From assembly GCA_963806265.1 (NCBI GenBank), contig CAWDXT010000022.1, positions 5,816 through 69,815 on the forward strand: a DNA stretch of 64,000 nt. Reading direction: 5' to 3'. The notes under the pieces were generated by a model that was given only the letters and a program-made list of their open reading frames with translations, was not told the DNA's origin and made no database searches. A program made the position numbers and the translations under genes. Below, piece by piece: positions 32,147 through 42,755 of the stretch. Source of the stretch: an uncultured Chloroflexia bacterium (GTDB taxonomy: Bacteria > Chloroflexota > Limnocylindria > Limnocylindrales > CSP1-4). Each line of letters begins with the position of its first letter. Within the stretch, counting starts at the first letter, position 1.

Positions 32147-32539
32147 TCAGCGGCCGGACAGCAGGCGCTGGAGACTCCGCACCGACTCGCCCAGCACGCG
32201 CTCCATCGCCGCCGCGTCGGCGTCATCGCGTACATGGAGGCGGATCGTCACCTGCGACGTGCTGGCGGTGCCGCGCTCGACCTTGAACGACCCCTCGTAC
32301 TCATCGCCTGGCATCCCCCACTCGATCGTTCCCTGCCCCGCATCGGCGACGAACCGGGCCGGCTTGAAGCGCTCCCCCGCGTCCGGCTCGTCGGCGGCAT
32401 CCGGATCGCCGTCGATGGCGATGGAGTCGACGAGGCTCATCGGTGAGACGTACCGCGACACATGCGTTGGATCCGCCAGGAACGCGAACGCCGCCTCGGC
32501 GCCCACGCCCACCGTGGTCGTTCGCTCGAAGTCCGCCAC
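32147..32539 (-). CDS. SRPBCC (polyketide cyclase/Bet v1-like) family protein
   Basis: Intact 130-aa ORF (MADFERTTTVGVGAEAAFAFLADPTHVSRYVSPM...). Confidence 0.65.
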   Translation of the reverse strand: MADFERTTTVGVGAEAAFAFLADPTHVSRYVSPMSLVDSIAIDGDPDAADEPDAGERFKPARFVADAGQGTIEWGMPGDEYEGSFKVERGTASTSQVTIRLHVRDDADAAAMERVLGESVRSLQRLLSGR

Positions 32540-32569
32540 GTTCGCCTCCTGCGTCGCTGGGTCGTCCGT

Positions 32570-33031
32570 CTACGCCCCGGACGAGCTCGATCCCGACTCC
32601 AGCCGGTCATCGGTCGCCGGATCGGCCAGACCAGCGTAGTAGCGTTCCAGCACCCGGCGGAAGACCTGCTCCGACGGATCCGCCCGAAGGAACAGCGTCA
32701 TGCTCGATCGAACCTTGACGGCGTCGACCGGACCCAGGATCGCCTCGGCGGACCCGGCGTCGATGTCGAGCAGGGCTCGTGCACACTCGCGCAACCGGGG
32801 TCCGAGCGTCTGGTGCTGCAGGTAGCAACGCGCCTCGTCCAACGACCGGATCGCGTAGTAGCGGGACATCTCGCTCCTGCCCAGCCCGGCGATCTGCGGG
32901 AACACGTACCAGATCCAATGACCGGTCTTGCGACCTCCGCGCAGCTCCGCGAGCGCGGCCGCGTAGGTCCCCTCCTGTGCGTCGAGGAACCGATCCAGCC
33001 CGTCTGCGACCGATGGCGATCCTGGATTCAT
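32570..33031 (-). CDS. DUF1810 family protein
   Basis: MNPGSPSVADGLDRFLDAQEGTYAAALAELRGGRKTGHWIWYVFPQIAGLG...YYAIRSLDEARCYLQH is the DUF1810 signature. Confidence 0.7.
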   Translation of the reverse strand: MNPGSPSVADGLDRFLDAQEGTYAAALAELRGGRKTGHWIWYVFPQIAGLGRSEMSRYYAIRSLDEARCYLQHQTLGPRLRECARALLDIDAGSAEAILGPVDAVKVRSSMTLFLRADPSEQVFRRVLERYYAGLADPATDDRLESGSSSSGA

Positions 33032-33136
33032 GTCGCCATTGTGCCCTCCACGGCTGCCTCGACCTCGCGCCGGCTCCCCGGCCGACCTTCGCGACCGATG
33101 GGACACCTGCGAAGATGGCGTGGTGCCTGGTCATCG

Positions 33137-34057
33137 ATGCGCCTGCATGGCGCCCGCCTGGTGAGCCGTCGCGGCGCGGTCCTGTTCGCCCTGATGTCCG
33201 TGATCTGGGGCATCCCATATCTGTTCATCCGCGTGGCCGTGGCCGAGCTCGAGCCGGCGACGCTCGTGTTCCTCCGGACCGGCATCGCGGCGCTCATCCT
33301 GTTGCCGATCGCCCTGGCGCGCGTCGACCTGCGCAGGGTGCTCGCTCGCTGGCGGTGGCTGGTCGCCTTCGCCGCGGTCGAGATCTCCATCCCGTGGGTG
33401 CTCCTCGCCTCGGCCGAGCAGCAGATCTCGAGCTCGCTGGCGGGGCTGCTGGTGGCTGGCGTGCCGCTCGTCGGCGCCGCGATCGCCGTGCTCACGCGAA
33501 GCGAGCACCGAATCAGCGGGACGGCGGCGATCGGGCTCCTGGTCGGGTTGGTCGGGGTGGCAGCGATCGTGGGCGGCGACTTCCAGGCATCCAACGCGCT
33601 CGCCCTCGTGCAGATGGCCGGCGTGGTCGTGTGCTATGCGGTCGGACCGTTCATCCTCACGCGCTGGCTGACCGGCCTGCCGTCGCTGGGCGTGATGGCG
33701 GTCTCCCTCTCGCTGTCCGCGATCGCGTACCTGCCGTTCGCCGCCCTGACCTGGCCGTCATCGACGCCGGGGGCCGACGTGCTGTGGTCGGTGTTGATCC
33801 TCGCGGTCGTATGCACCGCCGTGGCATTCCTGGTGTTCGCTGCCCTGATCGGCGAGGTCGGCCCGGTCCGGGCGACCGTCATCACCTACATCAACCCGGC
33901 GGTCGCGGCCCTGCTCGGAGTGGCGATCCTCGACGAGACGTTCACGCTCGCAATGGGCATCGGATTCGCGCTCGTCATCGCCGGATCCAGCCTTGCCACC
34001 CGCCGGACGGCACCCGTGACGCCCGCCACGGCGGAACCCTTGCCTGGCGTGGGATGA
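33137..34057 (+). CDS. EamA-family (DMT superfamily) transporter
   Basis: 10-TM protein with two EamA repeats (MRLHGARLVSRRGAVLFALMSVIWGIPYLF ...). Confidence 0.8.
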   Translation: MRLHGARLVSRRGAVLFALMSVIWGIPYLFIRVAVAELEPATLVFLRTGIAALILLPIALARVDLRRVLARWRWLVAFAAVEISIPWVLLASAEQQISSSLAGLLVAGVPLVGAAIAVLTRSEHRISGTAAIGLLVGLVGVAAIVGGDFQASNALALVQMAGVVVCYAVGPFILTRWLTGLPSLGVMAVSLSLSAIAYLPFAALTWPSSTPGADVLWSVLILAVVCTAVAFLVFAALIGEVGPVRATVITYINPAVAALLGVAILDETFTLAMGIGFALVIAGSSLATRRTAPVTPATAEPLPGVG

Positions 34058-34064
34058 TGCGCAC

Positions 34065-34268
34065 ATGCTGGAGTACGGCCAGGCGGTCGGGCAGACGACG
34101 GGCGTCGCCGGCGGCAACGGTGCGGGCGGGTCGCAGGATCTCGGCGCTGCCGCCTCACAGTTCGTCACCAACGCGGTCGACACCGTCTCGACGATGCCGC
34201 CCGAGATGCTGCTCGCGATCCTCGTCGTGATCGTGCTCGGGCTGATCGTGCTCCGCAGGGCCTTCTGA
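34065..34268 (+). CDS. Hypothetical small protein with a C-terminal TM helix
   Basis: Gly-rich N-terminus then MLLAILVVIVLGLIVL; it begins 8 bp after the EamA stop. Confidence 0.3.
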   Translation: MLEYGQAVGQTTGVAGGNGAGGSQDLGAAASQFVTNAVDTVSTMPPEMLLAILVVIVLGLIVLRRAF

Positions 34269-34473
34269 CCGCCGGCCGGCGGCGACCCTTCAGCGAGACC
34301 GAACGACACCACCGTGGGGCTACCGGAGTGAGGACGGATCCCTCGTCACCGCACGCTCCGGCGGTCGCTGCCTGCTGGATGCGGGTGGTTGCGCCTGGTC
34401 GACACGAGGCGAGGGCTGGCACGGCCTATGGCGAAGCGCGCAACGACGCCGGCGCGGCCGGTGCGCGGAGCGG

Positions 34474-35532
34474 TTGATGGAGGGGTCGCTCGCCATGCTC
34501 CGCCCGCTCCCGCCGGATCCGCGGATCTCGATCGTCATCCCGACATTCAACGAGGAGCAGCATATCGGCGCGTGCCTCGACTCCCTGCAGGGGCAGACCT
34601 ACCCAGCTTCGCTGGTCGAGATCGTGGTTGCCGACGGCGGAAGCGCGGATCGGACTCGGGAGATCGTTGAGCTTCACATGGCCGGCGCCCCGGAGGGCGG
34701 AATCAAGCTCCTGGACAACCCGGATCGGAGCGCTGCCCACGGGCTCAGGCTCGGCGCTGCCGCAGCGACAGGAGACGTCATCGTCATCATTGGGGCACAC
34801 GCGACCGCCGATCCCATGTTCATCGAGGAGAGCGTGCGTGCTCTCCGTGAGTCGTGCGCCGCTGCCGTCGGCGGGTCGATCCACACCATCGGCGAGACGC
34901 GCCTCTCCCGGGCGATCGCCGCCGCCGTATCTCACCCCTTCGGCGTCGGAGATGCGCAATTCCGATTCTCGCGTCAGTTGGGGGACGTCGACACGATTGC
35001 GTTCGCCGCCTACCGTCGTGAGTGCTTCGACGTCGTCGGCACGTTCTCCGTTGTTCGCGCGAACCGCGATGACGACCAGTACAACTGGCGAATCCGTCGC
35101 GCAGGCGGACGCCTGTATCTCACACCGAGAATTCGCAGCACCTATTACGCGCGCAGCAGCTACCGCGCCCTCGCGAGGCAATACCTCGGCTACGGCCGCG
35201 CAAAGGGTTGCGCGCTGCTCGAGGAGACCCAGTCTCTCGGGCCCCGACACCTCGTGCCCCTGGGCGTGCTGGTCGGTGGCAGTGCCCTGGCCCTGCTCTC
35301 GCCGGCTTCGATTGGTGCGCGGGCGATGCTGGCCGCCGCTGCGGCTATCTACGCCGCCATTGGCATCTATGCCGCGTACCGGTCGACGGCCCAGCGAGGC
35401 GAGCGCTCGCTCGCGCCCGCTGCGGCCCTTGCCTTCCCGGTGATCCACCTCAGCTACGCCGTCGGCACGATCCTCGGCATCCTCGACGCGCTACGCTTCC
35501 GTGCGGATCCTGCCACCCCCGACGGCCCCTGA
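34474..35532 (+). CDS. Family-2 glycosyltransferase with C-terminal membrane helices
   Basis: SIVIPTFNEEQHIGACLDSLQGQTY...VADGGSADRT carries the GT-A DxD-type motifs; a hydrophobic C-terminal region follows. Intact. Confidence 0.8.
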   Translation: MMEGSLAMLRPLPPDPRISIVIPTFNEEQHIGACLDSLQGQTYPASLVEIVVADGGSADRTREIVELHMAGAPEGGIKLLDNPDRSAAHGLRLGAAAATGDVIVIIGAHATADPMFIEESVRALRESCAAAVGGSIHTIGETRLSRAIAAAVSHPFGVGDAQFRFSRQLGDVDTIAFAAYRRECFDVVGTFSVVRANRDDDQYNWRIRRAGGRLYLTPRIRSTYYARSSYRALARQYLGYGRAKGCALLEETQSLGPRHLVPLGVLVGGSALALLSPASIGARAMLAAAAAIYAAIGIYAAYRSTAQRGERSLAPAAALAFPVIHLSYAVGTILGILDALRFRADPATPDGP

Positions 35533-35565
35533 CGTCCTGACCGCGCGATCCCTCGAGACGCGCGA

Positions 35566-37081
35566 TCAGGCGGCGTCGTTGACCTGCGACCGTTCCTCGA
35601 TCTCGTGGCCCAGGGTCACGTCCGGCATCGATCGCACCGCGACGACCAGCGCCACGACGGCCGTCACGACCATCAGCCAGTAGGTGACGGTCAGCCCCGA
35701 GGCGAGCGCCGCACGGCCGGCATCGAGGGCGGACGCCGACAGGTCGCCGCGTGACGTCGGGTCGAGGATCGCCGAGGATGCGCCGCCCACGAACGCGGTC
35801 AGCAGCCCACCCATGACCCCCACGCCAACCGCCCCGCCGATCGTCCGGCTGAACTGGACGAGGCCGGTGGCCACGGCGCGCCGGCGCCAGGTCACCGCGC
35901 CCTGGATGACCACGAGGATGGTGGTCGTGGCCAGGCCCATCCCGACGCCAACCGCGGCGCACCCGACCATCGCGTACCACAGGGCGTCGAACCGTTCGAG
36001 CTGCGTCGTCAGCAGCGCGCCGACGAGCAGCATCGACGATCCGGCCAGGACCAGCGGTCGCGCCCCGATCCGCGCAAGCAGCCGCCCGGCAGCGACCGAC
36101 GCCAGCGGCCAGCCGATCGACATTGCTGCGACCGCCGCACCCGCCTCGACCGGCGTTCCCCCGTGCACCCCCTGCACCATCGGCGGCACGTAGGTTGTCA
36201 CGCCGAACATCACGACACCGGCCAGCGTGCCCACCAGGAGCCCGGCGCGGATGACGGGGGCGCGCAGCAGGTCGAGGTCGACCAACGGCTCCGGCGTGCG
36301 GCGGGCATGGCGGACGAACCCGACCATGAGCGCCAGCGAGCAGGCCGACCATCGCGATCACCAGCGGCGATGTCCAGCCGAACAGGTCGCCACCCTCGGA
36401 GACGGCGATCAGGAGCAGCACGATCGAGGCGGACAGGAGCAGCGCGCCGAGCCAGTCGATCCGGTGCGGATGGCGTTCGAACCGCTCGTGGAACGTAAGC
36501 CAGATGATGCTCATCGCCGCGATCCCGACGGGAATGTTGATGGCGAACACCCAGGGCCAGCCGACGGTGCTCGTGATCAGGCCCCCCAGGGCCGGCCCGA
36601 TGATCGCGGCCACGCCCCAGACCGCCGACAGCACGCCCTGCATTCGCGCGCGCCGAGCGGGCGAGAAGATGTCGCCGGCGATCGTCATCGAGATCGGCAG
36701 CACGGCGCCCGCACCGAGACCCTGGATCGTTCTGAACACGATCAGCTCGAGCATGGAGCCCGACAGCCCGCACAGCGCCGATCCGGTGACGAACAGGGCG
36801 AGCCCGAACATGAACACGGGCTTGCGACCGTAGATGTCGGCCAGGCGCGAGTAGAGCGGCACCGTGGTCGTCGAGGCCAGCAGGTAGGCGCTGAACACCC
36901 ATGCGTACTCGGACAGGCCGCCCAGCTGCCCGATGATCGTGGGCATCGCCGTCCCGACGACGGTGGTGTCGAGGGCTGCGAGCGAGATGGCGGCCATGAT
37001 CCCGGCCGTGACCAGGACCTGCTCCCTGGTCAGCGGCTCGAGCCCGTGCGCCTGTGGTGTCGTCGCGCCCGGGTCCGTCAT
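35566..37081 (-). CDS. MFS transporter, DHA2 (EmrB/QacA-like, 14-TMS) drug:H+ antiporter family, one frameshift
   Basis: The N-terminal half MTDPGATTPQ...MPTIIGQLGGLSEYAWVFSAYLLASTTTVPLYSRLADIYGRKPVF is in ORF 35450..37081. The C-terminal half LMVGFVRHARRTPEPLVDLDLLR... is in ORF 35566..36327. The switch is at about 36330. Confidence 0.8.
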
Positions 37082-37325
37082 GAGCGGATGGTGGCGAGGT
37101 CAGGGACGGAGCTCACCCGGGCACGATACCTGACACGCGCCTCAAGCCTCGACCCGGCCGGTCGGCAACGCTCCGTTGCGCCTGAACCCGGCGGACGGCC
37201 CCCAGGCTACCTGACCCACGGCCCTCGCATTGCGGCCCCAGTCGGGCCTCAAATGGACGACAGCCGCGGCGTACTGAGGGCGCGCACCACGGCGGTCTCG
37301 ACCGGACAAGAGACAGGAGGGAACC

Positions 37326-38561
37326 ATGCGTCCACGGTATCTGCTCATTCCCGGGCTGGGGATCGCGGCCCTGGTGCTCGCGGTGGCTGGTGTAGCTGCC
37401 GCCACGAACCCACTTTCCGATATGGAGGGCCTGGGCAAGGCGATCTTCTTCGACAAGTCCCTGTCGTTCAATCAGGACCAGGCGTGCGCGGCATGCCACG
37501 GCCCCGAGGTCGGGTTCACGGGCCCGATCACCGACACGAACCTGCATGGCGCGGTCTATGAAGGTTCCATCGCCGACAGGTTTGGCAACCGCAAGCCACC
37601 GTCCGCCGCCTACGCGGCGGTCAGCCCCGTCCTGCACCGCGACAAGAAGGGCACGTGGGTCGGTGGCAATTTCTGGGACGGTCGCGCGACGGGCTACAAG
37701 CTGGGCAACCCCGCGGCTGACCAGGCGCAGGGCCCGTTCCTGAACCCCGCCGAGCAGGCCCTGCCTGACTCGGCATGCGTCGTCAATCGCGTCTGCGGTG
37801 GCGACTACGGCGTCAACTTCACGAACGTCTTCGGTGCCGGTGCCTGCAACATCACCTGGCCAGCAGACACCGACGCCCAGTGTGCCGAGGAGGACGGGCA
37901 TGTCGCCCTGTCGCCCGACGACCGAGCGACGTCCAATGCCGCGTACGACAACATCGCGCTCGCGATCGCCTCCTACGAGGCATCCGCCGAGGTCACGGCA
38001 TTCACCTCGAAGTATGACCAGTCCTTCGGCGGCGGCGCCCGGCTCACCAAGCTCGAGCGGCGCGGGCTCGCGCTGTTCCAGGGCAAGGGTGGCTGCAAGG
38101 CCTGCCACTCGTCCGGCCCCGGCGCGCTGTTCACGGACTTCACGTTCGACAACCTCGGCGTTCCGATCAACCCGGAGAATCCGGCGTATGTCAAGGACGG
38201 CTTCATCGACCAGGGCCTGGGCGGTTTCCTGGGTGACGAGGACGAGCTCGGCAAGCAGAAGGTCCCGACCTTGCGGAACGTCGACCTGCGGCCGAGCCAG
38301 GATTTCGTCAAGGCGTACGCGCACAACGGCTATTTCAAGAGCCTGGAAGGGATCGTCCACTTCTACAACACGCGCGACGTGCTGCCGACCTGCCCGGGCA
38401 ACTACACCGAGGCGCAGGCGCTCGCGGCTGACTGCTGGCCGGCCCCGGAGGTCGCCGAGAACGTCAACCGCGACGAGCTCGGCAACCTTGGCCTGAGCGA
38501 CGACGAGGAGGCTGCGATCGTGGCCTTCCTCAGGACGCTCTCGGACGGCTACCAGCCCTGA
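37326..38561 (+). CDS. Di-haem cytochrome c peroxidase (CCP/MauG family), secreted
   Basis: Signal peptide, then two CxxCH haem sites (CAACHGP and CKACHSS). Intact 411 aa. Confidence 0.85.
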   Translation: MRPRYLLIPGLGIAALVLAVAGVAAATNPLSDMEGLGKAIFFDKSLSFNQDQACAACHGPEVGFTGPITDTNLHGAVYEGSIADRFGNRKPPSAAYAAVSPVLHRDKKGTWVGGNFWDGRATGYKLGNPAADQAQGPFLNPAEQALPDSACVVNRVCGGDYGVNFTNVFGAGACNITWPADTDAQCAEEDGHVALSPDDRATSNAAYDNIALAIASYEASAEVTAFTSKYDQSFGGGARLTKLERRGLALFQGKGGCKACHSSGPGALFTDFTFDNLGVPINPENPAYVKDGFIDQGLGGFLGDEDELGKQKVPTLRNVDLRPSQDFVKAYAHNGYFKSLEGIVHFYNTRDVLPTCPGNYTEAQALAADCWPAPEVAENVNRDELGNLGLSDDEEAAIVAFLRTLSDGYQP

Positions 38562-38619
38562 CCGAGCCTGATCGGCGACTCCTCGCCAGAGGCACTCGGT
38601 CGAGCTCTGGGTTCGCCAG

Positions 38620-39246
38620 TCAGCTCGTCGGGATCGCGTCAGCTGCGATGAGCGCCGGGCCCCCGAAGCGGATCGTCCGGAACACCGAGACCGTCGTTCG
38701 CGGATCCCGCCATGCTCCCGACGGCAGCCCCGCCTTGCGACACGCGATGTCGAGCATCTCCACGCGATCGAACCCCACCATCGGCGCGACCTCCGGGAGC
38801 AGCAGCCCACGAAGACCATCGCGCTCGACCAGGATCCCGTCGATGCCCAGCCGGAACGAGAGCGGGTCGTCGATCGGGACCGTCGGCCCGAGCACCGAGA
38901 CCTCGATCTCGAGATCCTCGAGCTCCTGCGGTTGGACCGGCGGGAACCGGGGATCCGTTCTCGTGGCGCAGGCCGCCGCCTCGATCACGGCCTCCACGAT
39001 CGGGCGCGTGGCGTCGAGCATCCCGACGCAACCCCGAAGGCCGCCCGGACCCGTCAGGGTCACGAACGCAGCGGCGCGCACCTCGGTCTCAAGGCCGCGA
39101 GGAAGCGGGGCCTGGAGGTCGCTCGTCGGGAGCGCCCTCGCCGCGACGCCGACGGCGGTCCTGGCGAGCGCGAGCAGCGCCTGCCGGGCCTCCATCGGCA
39201 GGTCGACGACCTCCGGCACCCTGAGCACATCCGTCCGGGTGGTCAT
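38620..39246 (-). CDS. AmmeMemoRadiSam system protein A (AMMECR1 domain)
   Basis: MTTRTDVLRVPEVVDLPMEARQALLALARTAVG...AAFVTLTGPGGLRGCVGML is the AMMECR1 signature. The ATG is at 39246. Confidence 0.8.
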   Translation of the reverse strand: MTTRTDVLRVPEVVDLPMEARQALLALARTAVGVAARALPTSDLQAPLPRGLETEVRAAAFVTLTGPGGLRGCVGMLDATRPIVEAVIEAAACATRTDPRFPPVQPQELEDLEIEVSVLGPTVPIDDPLSFRLGIDGILVERDGLRGLLLPEVAPMVGFDRVEMLDIACRKAGLPSGAWRDPRTTVSVFRTIRFGGPALIAADAIPTS

Positions 39247-39397
39247 CCGCGAGCCTCCTCGTGCCGCAGCGATCCGAGCTCGCCGCGAGCTGACGCCATC
39301 GTCCGTGGCCGGGCGGCGCGTTGGCGAGGGCAGGAACGCCCGATTCCGGCCCGGCCGGCACTGTCCCGAGGACGGCCGGGCCGCCACACTCGGTCGC

Positions 39398-40468
39398 GTG
39401 ACCATCCAGCCTCGCGGGGCTCGGCCCGCCGGCCCCGTCCCTTCGATCCTCGCGACCAGGCTCCCCGACGGCAGCGTCCGCTGCGGCGTGTGTGCTCATC
39501 GCTGCCTGGTGCGACCCGGGCGCATCGGCATCTGCGGCATCCGCGAGAACCGCGAGGGCGAGCTGATCAACCTCTCCTACGGCAAGGTCGTGGCGGAGGC
39601 GCTGGACCCGATCGAGAAGAAGCCCCTGTTCCATGTCGCACCGGGCTCTACGGCCTGGTCGATCGCCACGCCCGGGTGCCCGTTCCACTGTCGCTTCTGC
39701 CAGAACTGGGAGATCGCCCAGGGCCCCAGGCTGAACATCGAGCTGCCGACCCGAACCACATCGCCGAGGGCCGTCGTCGAACGTGCCCTCGACCAGGGGG
39801 CGGGCGCGATCGCGTACACCTACGTCGAGCCGACGGTGTTCCTCGAGTACGCGCTCGACGTCGGATGGCAGGCTCACGACGCGGGCCTGCGCAACCTGTG
39901 GATCACCGACGGCTATGCGACGCCGGAGGCCGTTGCCCTGCTGGCCACCGTCATCGACGCGGCAAACGTCGACCTCAAGTCGTTCGACGACCGCTTCTAC
40001 CGCCGGCTGTGCGGTGCCCGGCTGGCACCCGTGCTGGATGCCATCGTGGCCATGCGCAGCGCCGGGATCTGGGTCGAGCTCACCACGCTGGTCATCCCGG
40101 GCCACAACGACGACGACGCGGGGTTGCGGGCGATCGCGACCTGGATCGCCGGCACGCTGGGCCCGGAGACCCCGTGGCACATCAGTCGCTTCCACCCCGC
40201 CTACCGGATGCAGGACGTGCAGCCGACGCCGGCCCCCACCCTGCTGCGCGCGGCTGCGATCGGACGGGACGCCGGACTGGCGTACGTGTACGTCGGCAAC
40301 GCGCCGGAGGTTGGCCTCGAGGACACGCGCTGCCCATCGTGCGGCACGCTGATGATCGAGCGTCTCGGCTACGCGGTTCGCAACCACCTCGTCGCTGGTG
40401 GCTGTCCGGGCTGTGGGCGGGCAATGGCCGGGGTCGGGCTGTCGCGGCCGCTGGTGGCGGCATCGTGA
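39398..40468 (+). CDS. AmmeMemoRadiSam system radical SAM enzyme
   Basis: The CPFHCRFCQNWEIAQ CxxxCxxC cluster matches PFL-activase-like radical SAM. There are N-terminal extra Cys (CGVCAHRC...CGIRE). The GTG start is at 39398. The stop overlaps the next start (GTGA). Confidence 0.85.
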   Translation: MTIQPRGARPAGPVPSILATRLPDGSVRCGVCAHRCLVRPGRIGICGIRENREGELINLSYGKVVAEALDPIEKKPLFHVAPGSTAWSIATPGCPFHCRFCQNWEIAQGPRLNIELPTRTTSPRAVVERALDQGAGAIAYTYVEPTVFLEYALDVGWQAHDAGLRNLWITDGYATPEAVALLATVIDAANVDLKSFDDRFYRRLCGARLAPVLDAIVAMRSAGIWVELTTLVIPGHNDDDAGLRAIATWIAGTLGPETPWHISRFHPAYRMQDVQPTPAPTLLRAAAIGRDAGLAYVYVGNAPEVGLEDTRCPSCGTLMIERLGYAVRNHLVAGGCPGCGRAMAGVGLSRPLVAAS

Positions 40469-41358
40469 TCCGCGAGCCCTGCGTGGCCGGATCGTTCTAT
40501 CCCGCGTCGCCTGACGCGCTCCGGGTCCTGGTCGATCACCTGCTCGAGCAGGCACGGCTCGGCGCGATCCGGCGCCAGCGGCCCGATACGGCATCGCCAC
40601 TCCGCGGCATCCTCGTCCCCCACGCAGGCCTCGAGTGGTCGGGCGTCGTCGCTGCTGCGGGCTGGCGAGCGCTCTCGGATGCGGTCGCGTCGTCGGATGA
40701 GTCCGGGGATGCGACCATCGTGATCCTCGGCACCAACCACTCGGCGTGGCTCTCGGGGATCGGTGTCTGGCCGAACGGGCGATGGAGCACGCCGTTGGGC
40801 GAGGTGGCCGTCGACCCGCTGGTGGCCGATGCGATCCTCGGGCTCGGGCCCCCCTTTGCCGTCAACGTCGAGGCGCACCTGCGCGAGCACTCGATCGAGG
40901 TCCAGCTCCCGCTGCTGCAATCGACGATGCCCGGGATCCGGTTCGTGCCCCTCGCCGTGTCGGCAGGCACCGGGGTCGTGGCCGTCGATCACGGCCGTCG
41001 ACTCGGCACCCTGATCGCCTCGCTCGACGAGCCCGGCCGGCGCGTCCTGCTCGCGATCAGCACCGACCTCGCCCACTACCCGCCGCATCGCGACTGCGTA
41101 CGGGCGACCGAGGAGCTGCTGCCGTCGATCCTCGGCCTGGATGCAACGTCGGTTGCCCGAATCGACGGTCGCCAGCGGACGGCAGGCATCCCGGGGCTCG
41201 TGTGCGGGATGTGCGGGATCGAGCCCACCGTGCTGGGGCTTGCCGCCCTGGGCGCGATGGGTGCCACCGGCGGCATCGAGCTTGCGTCGGCGACATCCGC
41301 GGATGCGGGTGGACCGCGTGACCGAACGGTGGGCTACCTGGCTGCCGCGTTCGCCTGA
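40465..41358 (+). CDS. AmmeMemoRadiSam system protein B (MEMO1 family)
   Basis: EPCVAGSFYPASPDALRVLVDHLLEQA...ILVPHAGLEWSGVVAA...ISTDLAHYPP is the Memo-like signature. Confidence 0.8.
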   Translation: MIREPCVAGSFYPASPDALRVLVDHLLEQARLGAIRRQRPDTASPLRGILVPHAGLEWSGVVAAAGWRALSDAVASSDESGDATIVILGTNHSAWLSGIGVWPNGRWSTPLGEVAVDPLVADAILGLGPPFAVNVEAHLREHSIEVQLPLLQSTMPGIRFVPLAVSAGTGVVAVDHGRRLGTLIASLDEPGRRVLLAISTDLAHYPPHRDCVRATEELLPSILGLDATSVARIDGRQRTAGIPGLVCGMCGIEPTVLGLAALGAMGATGGIELASATSADAGGPRDRTVGYLAAAFA

Positions 41359-41373
41359 CCGTCACCGACAGCG

Positions 41374-41403
41374 AGGACCCCCGGTCGCGCCCGACCGGGG
41401 GTC
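41374..41403. terminator. Perfect 13-bp-stem hairpin ggacccccggtcg-cgcc-cgaccgggggtcc between convergent Memo and phosphoesterase genes
   Basis: Seen directly; likely a bidirectional terminator. Confidence 0.45.
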
Positions 41404-41426
41404 CCGCATGCGATCAAGGTCGCCGC

Positions 41427-42587
41427 TCAGCGATACAGCAGCCCCGTCATCGAGCTGACGTTCGCCGAGTCCCCGGCATACCCGAGGTAGCCGAGGTGCC
41501 ATACCTGCTCGATCGTCCGCAGCAGGCTGTAGTGGTTGTAGGGCGTCGAATCCTTGACGTGCCGCGGCCCGTGGCGCGCGATCACGATCGCCGGGATCAG
41601 CCCCCCGCCGAACTGGCCCTCGTCCCAGAAGTTTGGCTGGCACACCGGCGGATCCTGGTCGTCCGGCGTGCAGTTGTCCTGGAGCTGGTAGTGCGGCGGC
41701 AGCGGCGGGGCGATGCCGTAGCCGGGCGAGTCGCAGCAGCCGCTGACGTCCAGCCACTCGTCGGTCTCGGTCGCGCTGCCCGCGTAGTCGGCCTCGTCGG
41801 TGAGGATGAAGATCGCGCTGTTGTCGGTCCAGGCCTTTGACCGGCGGATCGTCCGGACCGCGTTCTTGACGAACGTGTCGGCCTTCTGCTTGAGCGCAGC
41901 ATCGTTCGCGTCATCGATCGCGCTGCCATAGGGGCATGGCGTCTCCGGGTGGCCGTCGATCGCGTCGTAGACGCCGCCGTGCATGTCGTTGCACTGGTTG
42001 GGGCTGATCCACACGAAGTCCGGGGCATGGCGCGAGCTGAGGTCGCGCGCCATGGCCGTGTACGGCTTGATGTTGGCGAGACGCCCCGGATCGCTCAGCA
42101 CGTCGTCCATGAGCACGAACGGGTTGTGCTTGTTCGTGTACAGGGCCGTGGACCCGGGAGCCGTCGCGCCCGTGAAGCCCGCATAGGGCATCGAATCCAT
42201 GTACGCCGCCCACGTCTTGCCATGGCTCTCGAGCTGGTCGACGAGGTTCGTCCAGTCGTAGGTGTTGTCGGGATGGTCGTTCATGCGCGTGATGTCGAGC
42301 TGGCCCGTGATCGTGGCCACATAGTTCGGCTGGCTCGGATGGGTGACGCCGTAATAGCTGGTCGCCTCGCCGTACGTGTTGACGAGCTTGTTGATGAACG
42401 GGGCGTTGGGGTCGCCGATCACCGTCGACTGGCTGTGGTTCTCGAGCATGATCACGAAGATCCGTCGGACAACCGAGTGAGAAGCCCTGTGGGAGCTGTG
42501 CGCCACGACGGTTCCGGCTGGCACAACCAGTGCCGCGGCCAGCGCGGCGGCGGCGCCGGCGCGCGCGAGTCTGGAGACACGGGACAC
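41427..42587 (-). CDS. Secreted phosphoesterase-family protein (phospholipase C / acid phosphatase AcpA-like)
   Basis: Signal peptide, then IFVIMLENHSQSTVIGDPNAPFINKL...THPSQPNYVATITG, the phosphoesterase-family signature. Intact 386 aa. Confidence 0.8.
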   Translation of the reverse strand: MSRVSRLARAGAAAALAAALVVPAGTVVAHSSHRASHSVVRRIFVIMLENHSQSTVIGDPNAPFINKLVNTYGEATSYYGVTHPSQPNYVATITGQLDITRMNDHPDNTYDWTNLVDQLESHGKTWAAYMDSMPYAGFTGATAPGSTALYTNKHNPFVLMDDVLSDPGRLANIKPYTAMARDLSSRHAPDFVWISPNQCNDMHGGVYDAIDGHPETPCPYGSAIDDANDAALKQKADTFVKNAVRTIRRSKAWTDNSAIFILTDEADYAGSATETDEWLDVSGCCDSPGYGIAPPLPPHYQLQDNCTPDDQDPPVCQPNFWDEGQFGGGLIPAIVIARHGPRHVKDSTPYNHYSLLRTIEQVWHLGYLGYAGDSANVSSMTGLLYR

Positions 42588-42755
42588 GAGAAACCCTCCA
42601 CTCTTGGGACGCAGGGAGCGTGGGCACGATTGTCTCGCGCAGCCGAGGATCGCGCAGGACCGGGCCTGTGCTCATGGAGCACGGCGGTGTCAGGACGCAC
42701 CACATCCTTTGCCGCACATCCTTGGCCGCCACGCCCGCCACGCCCGCCAGTTCCG

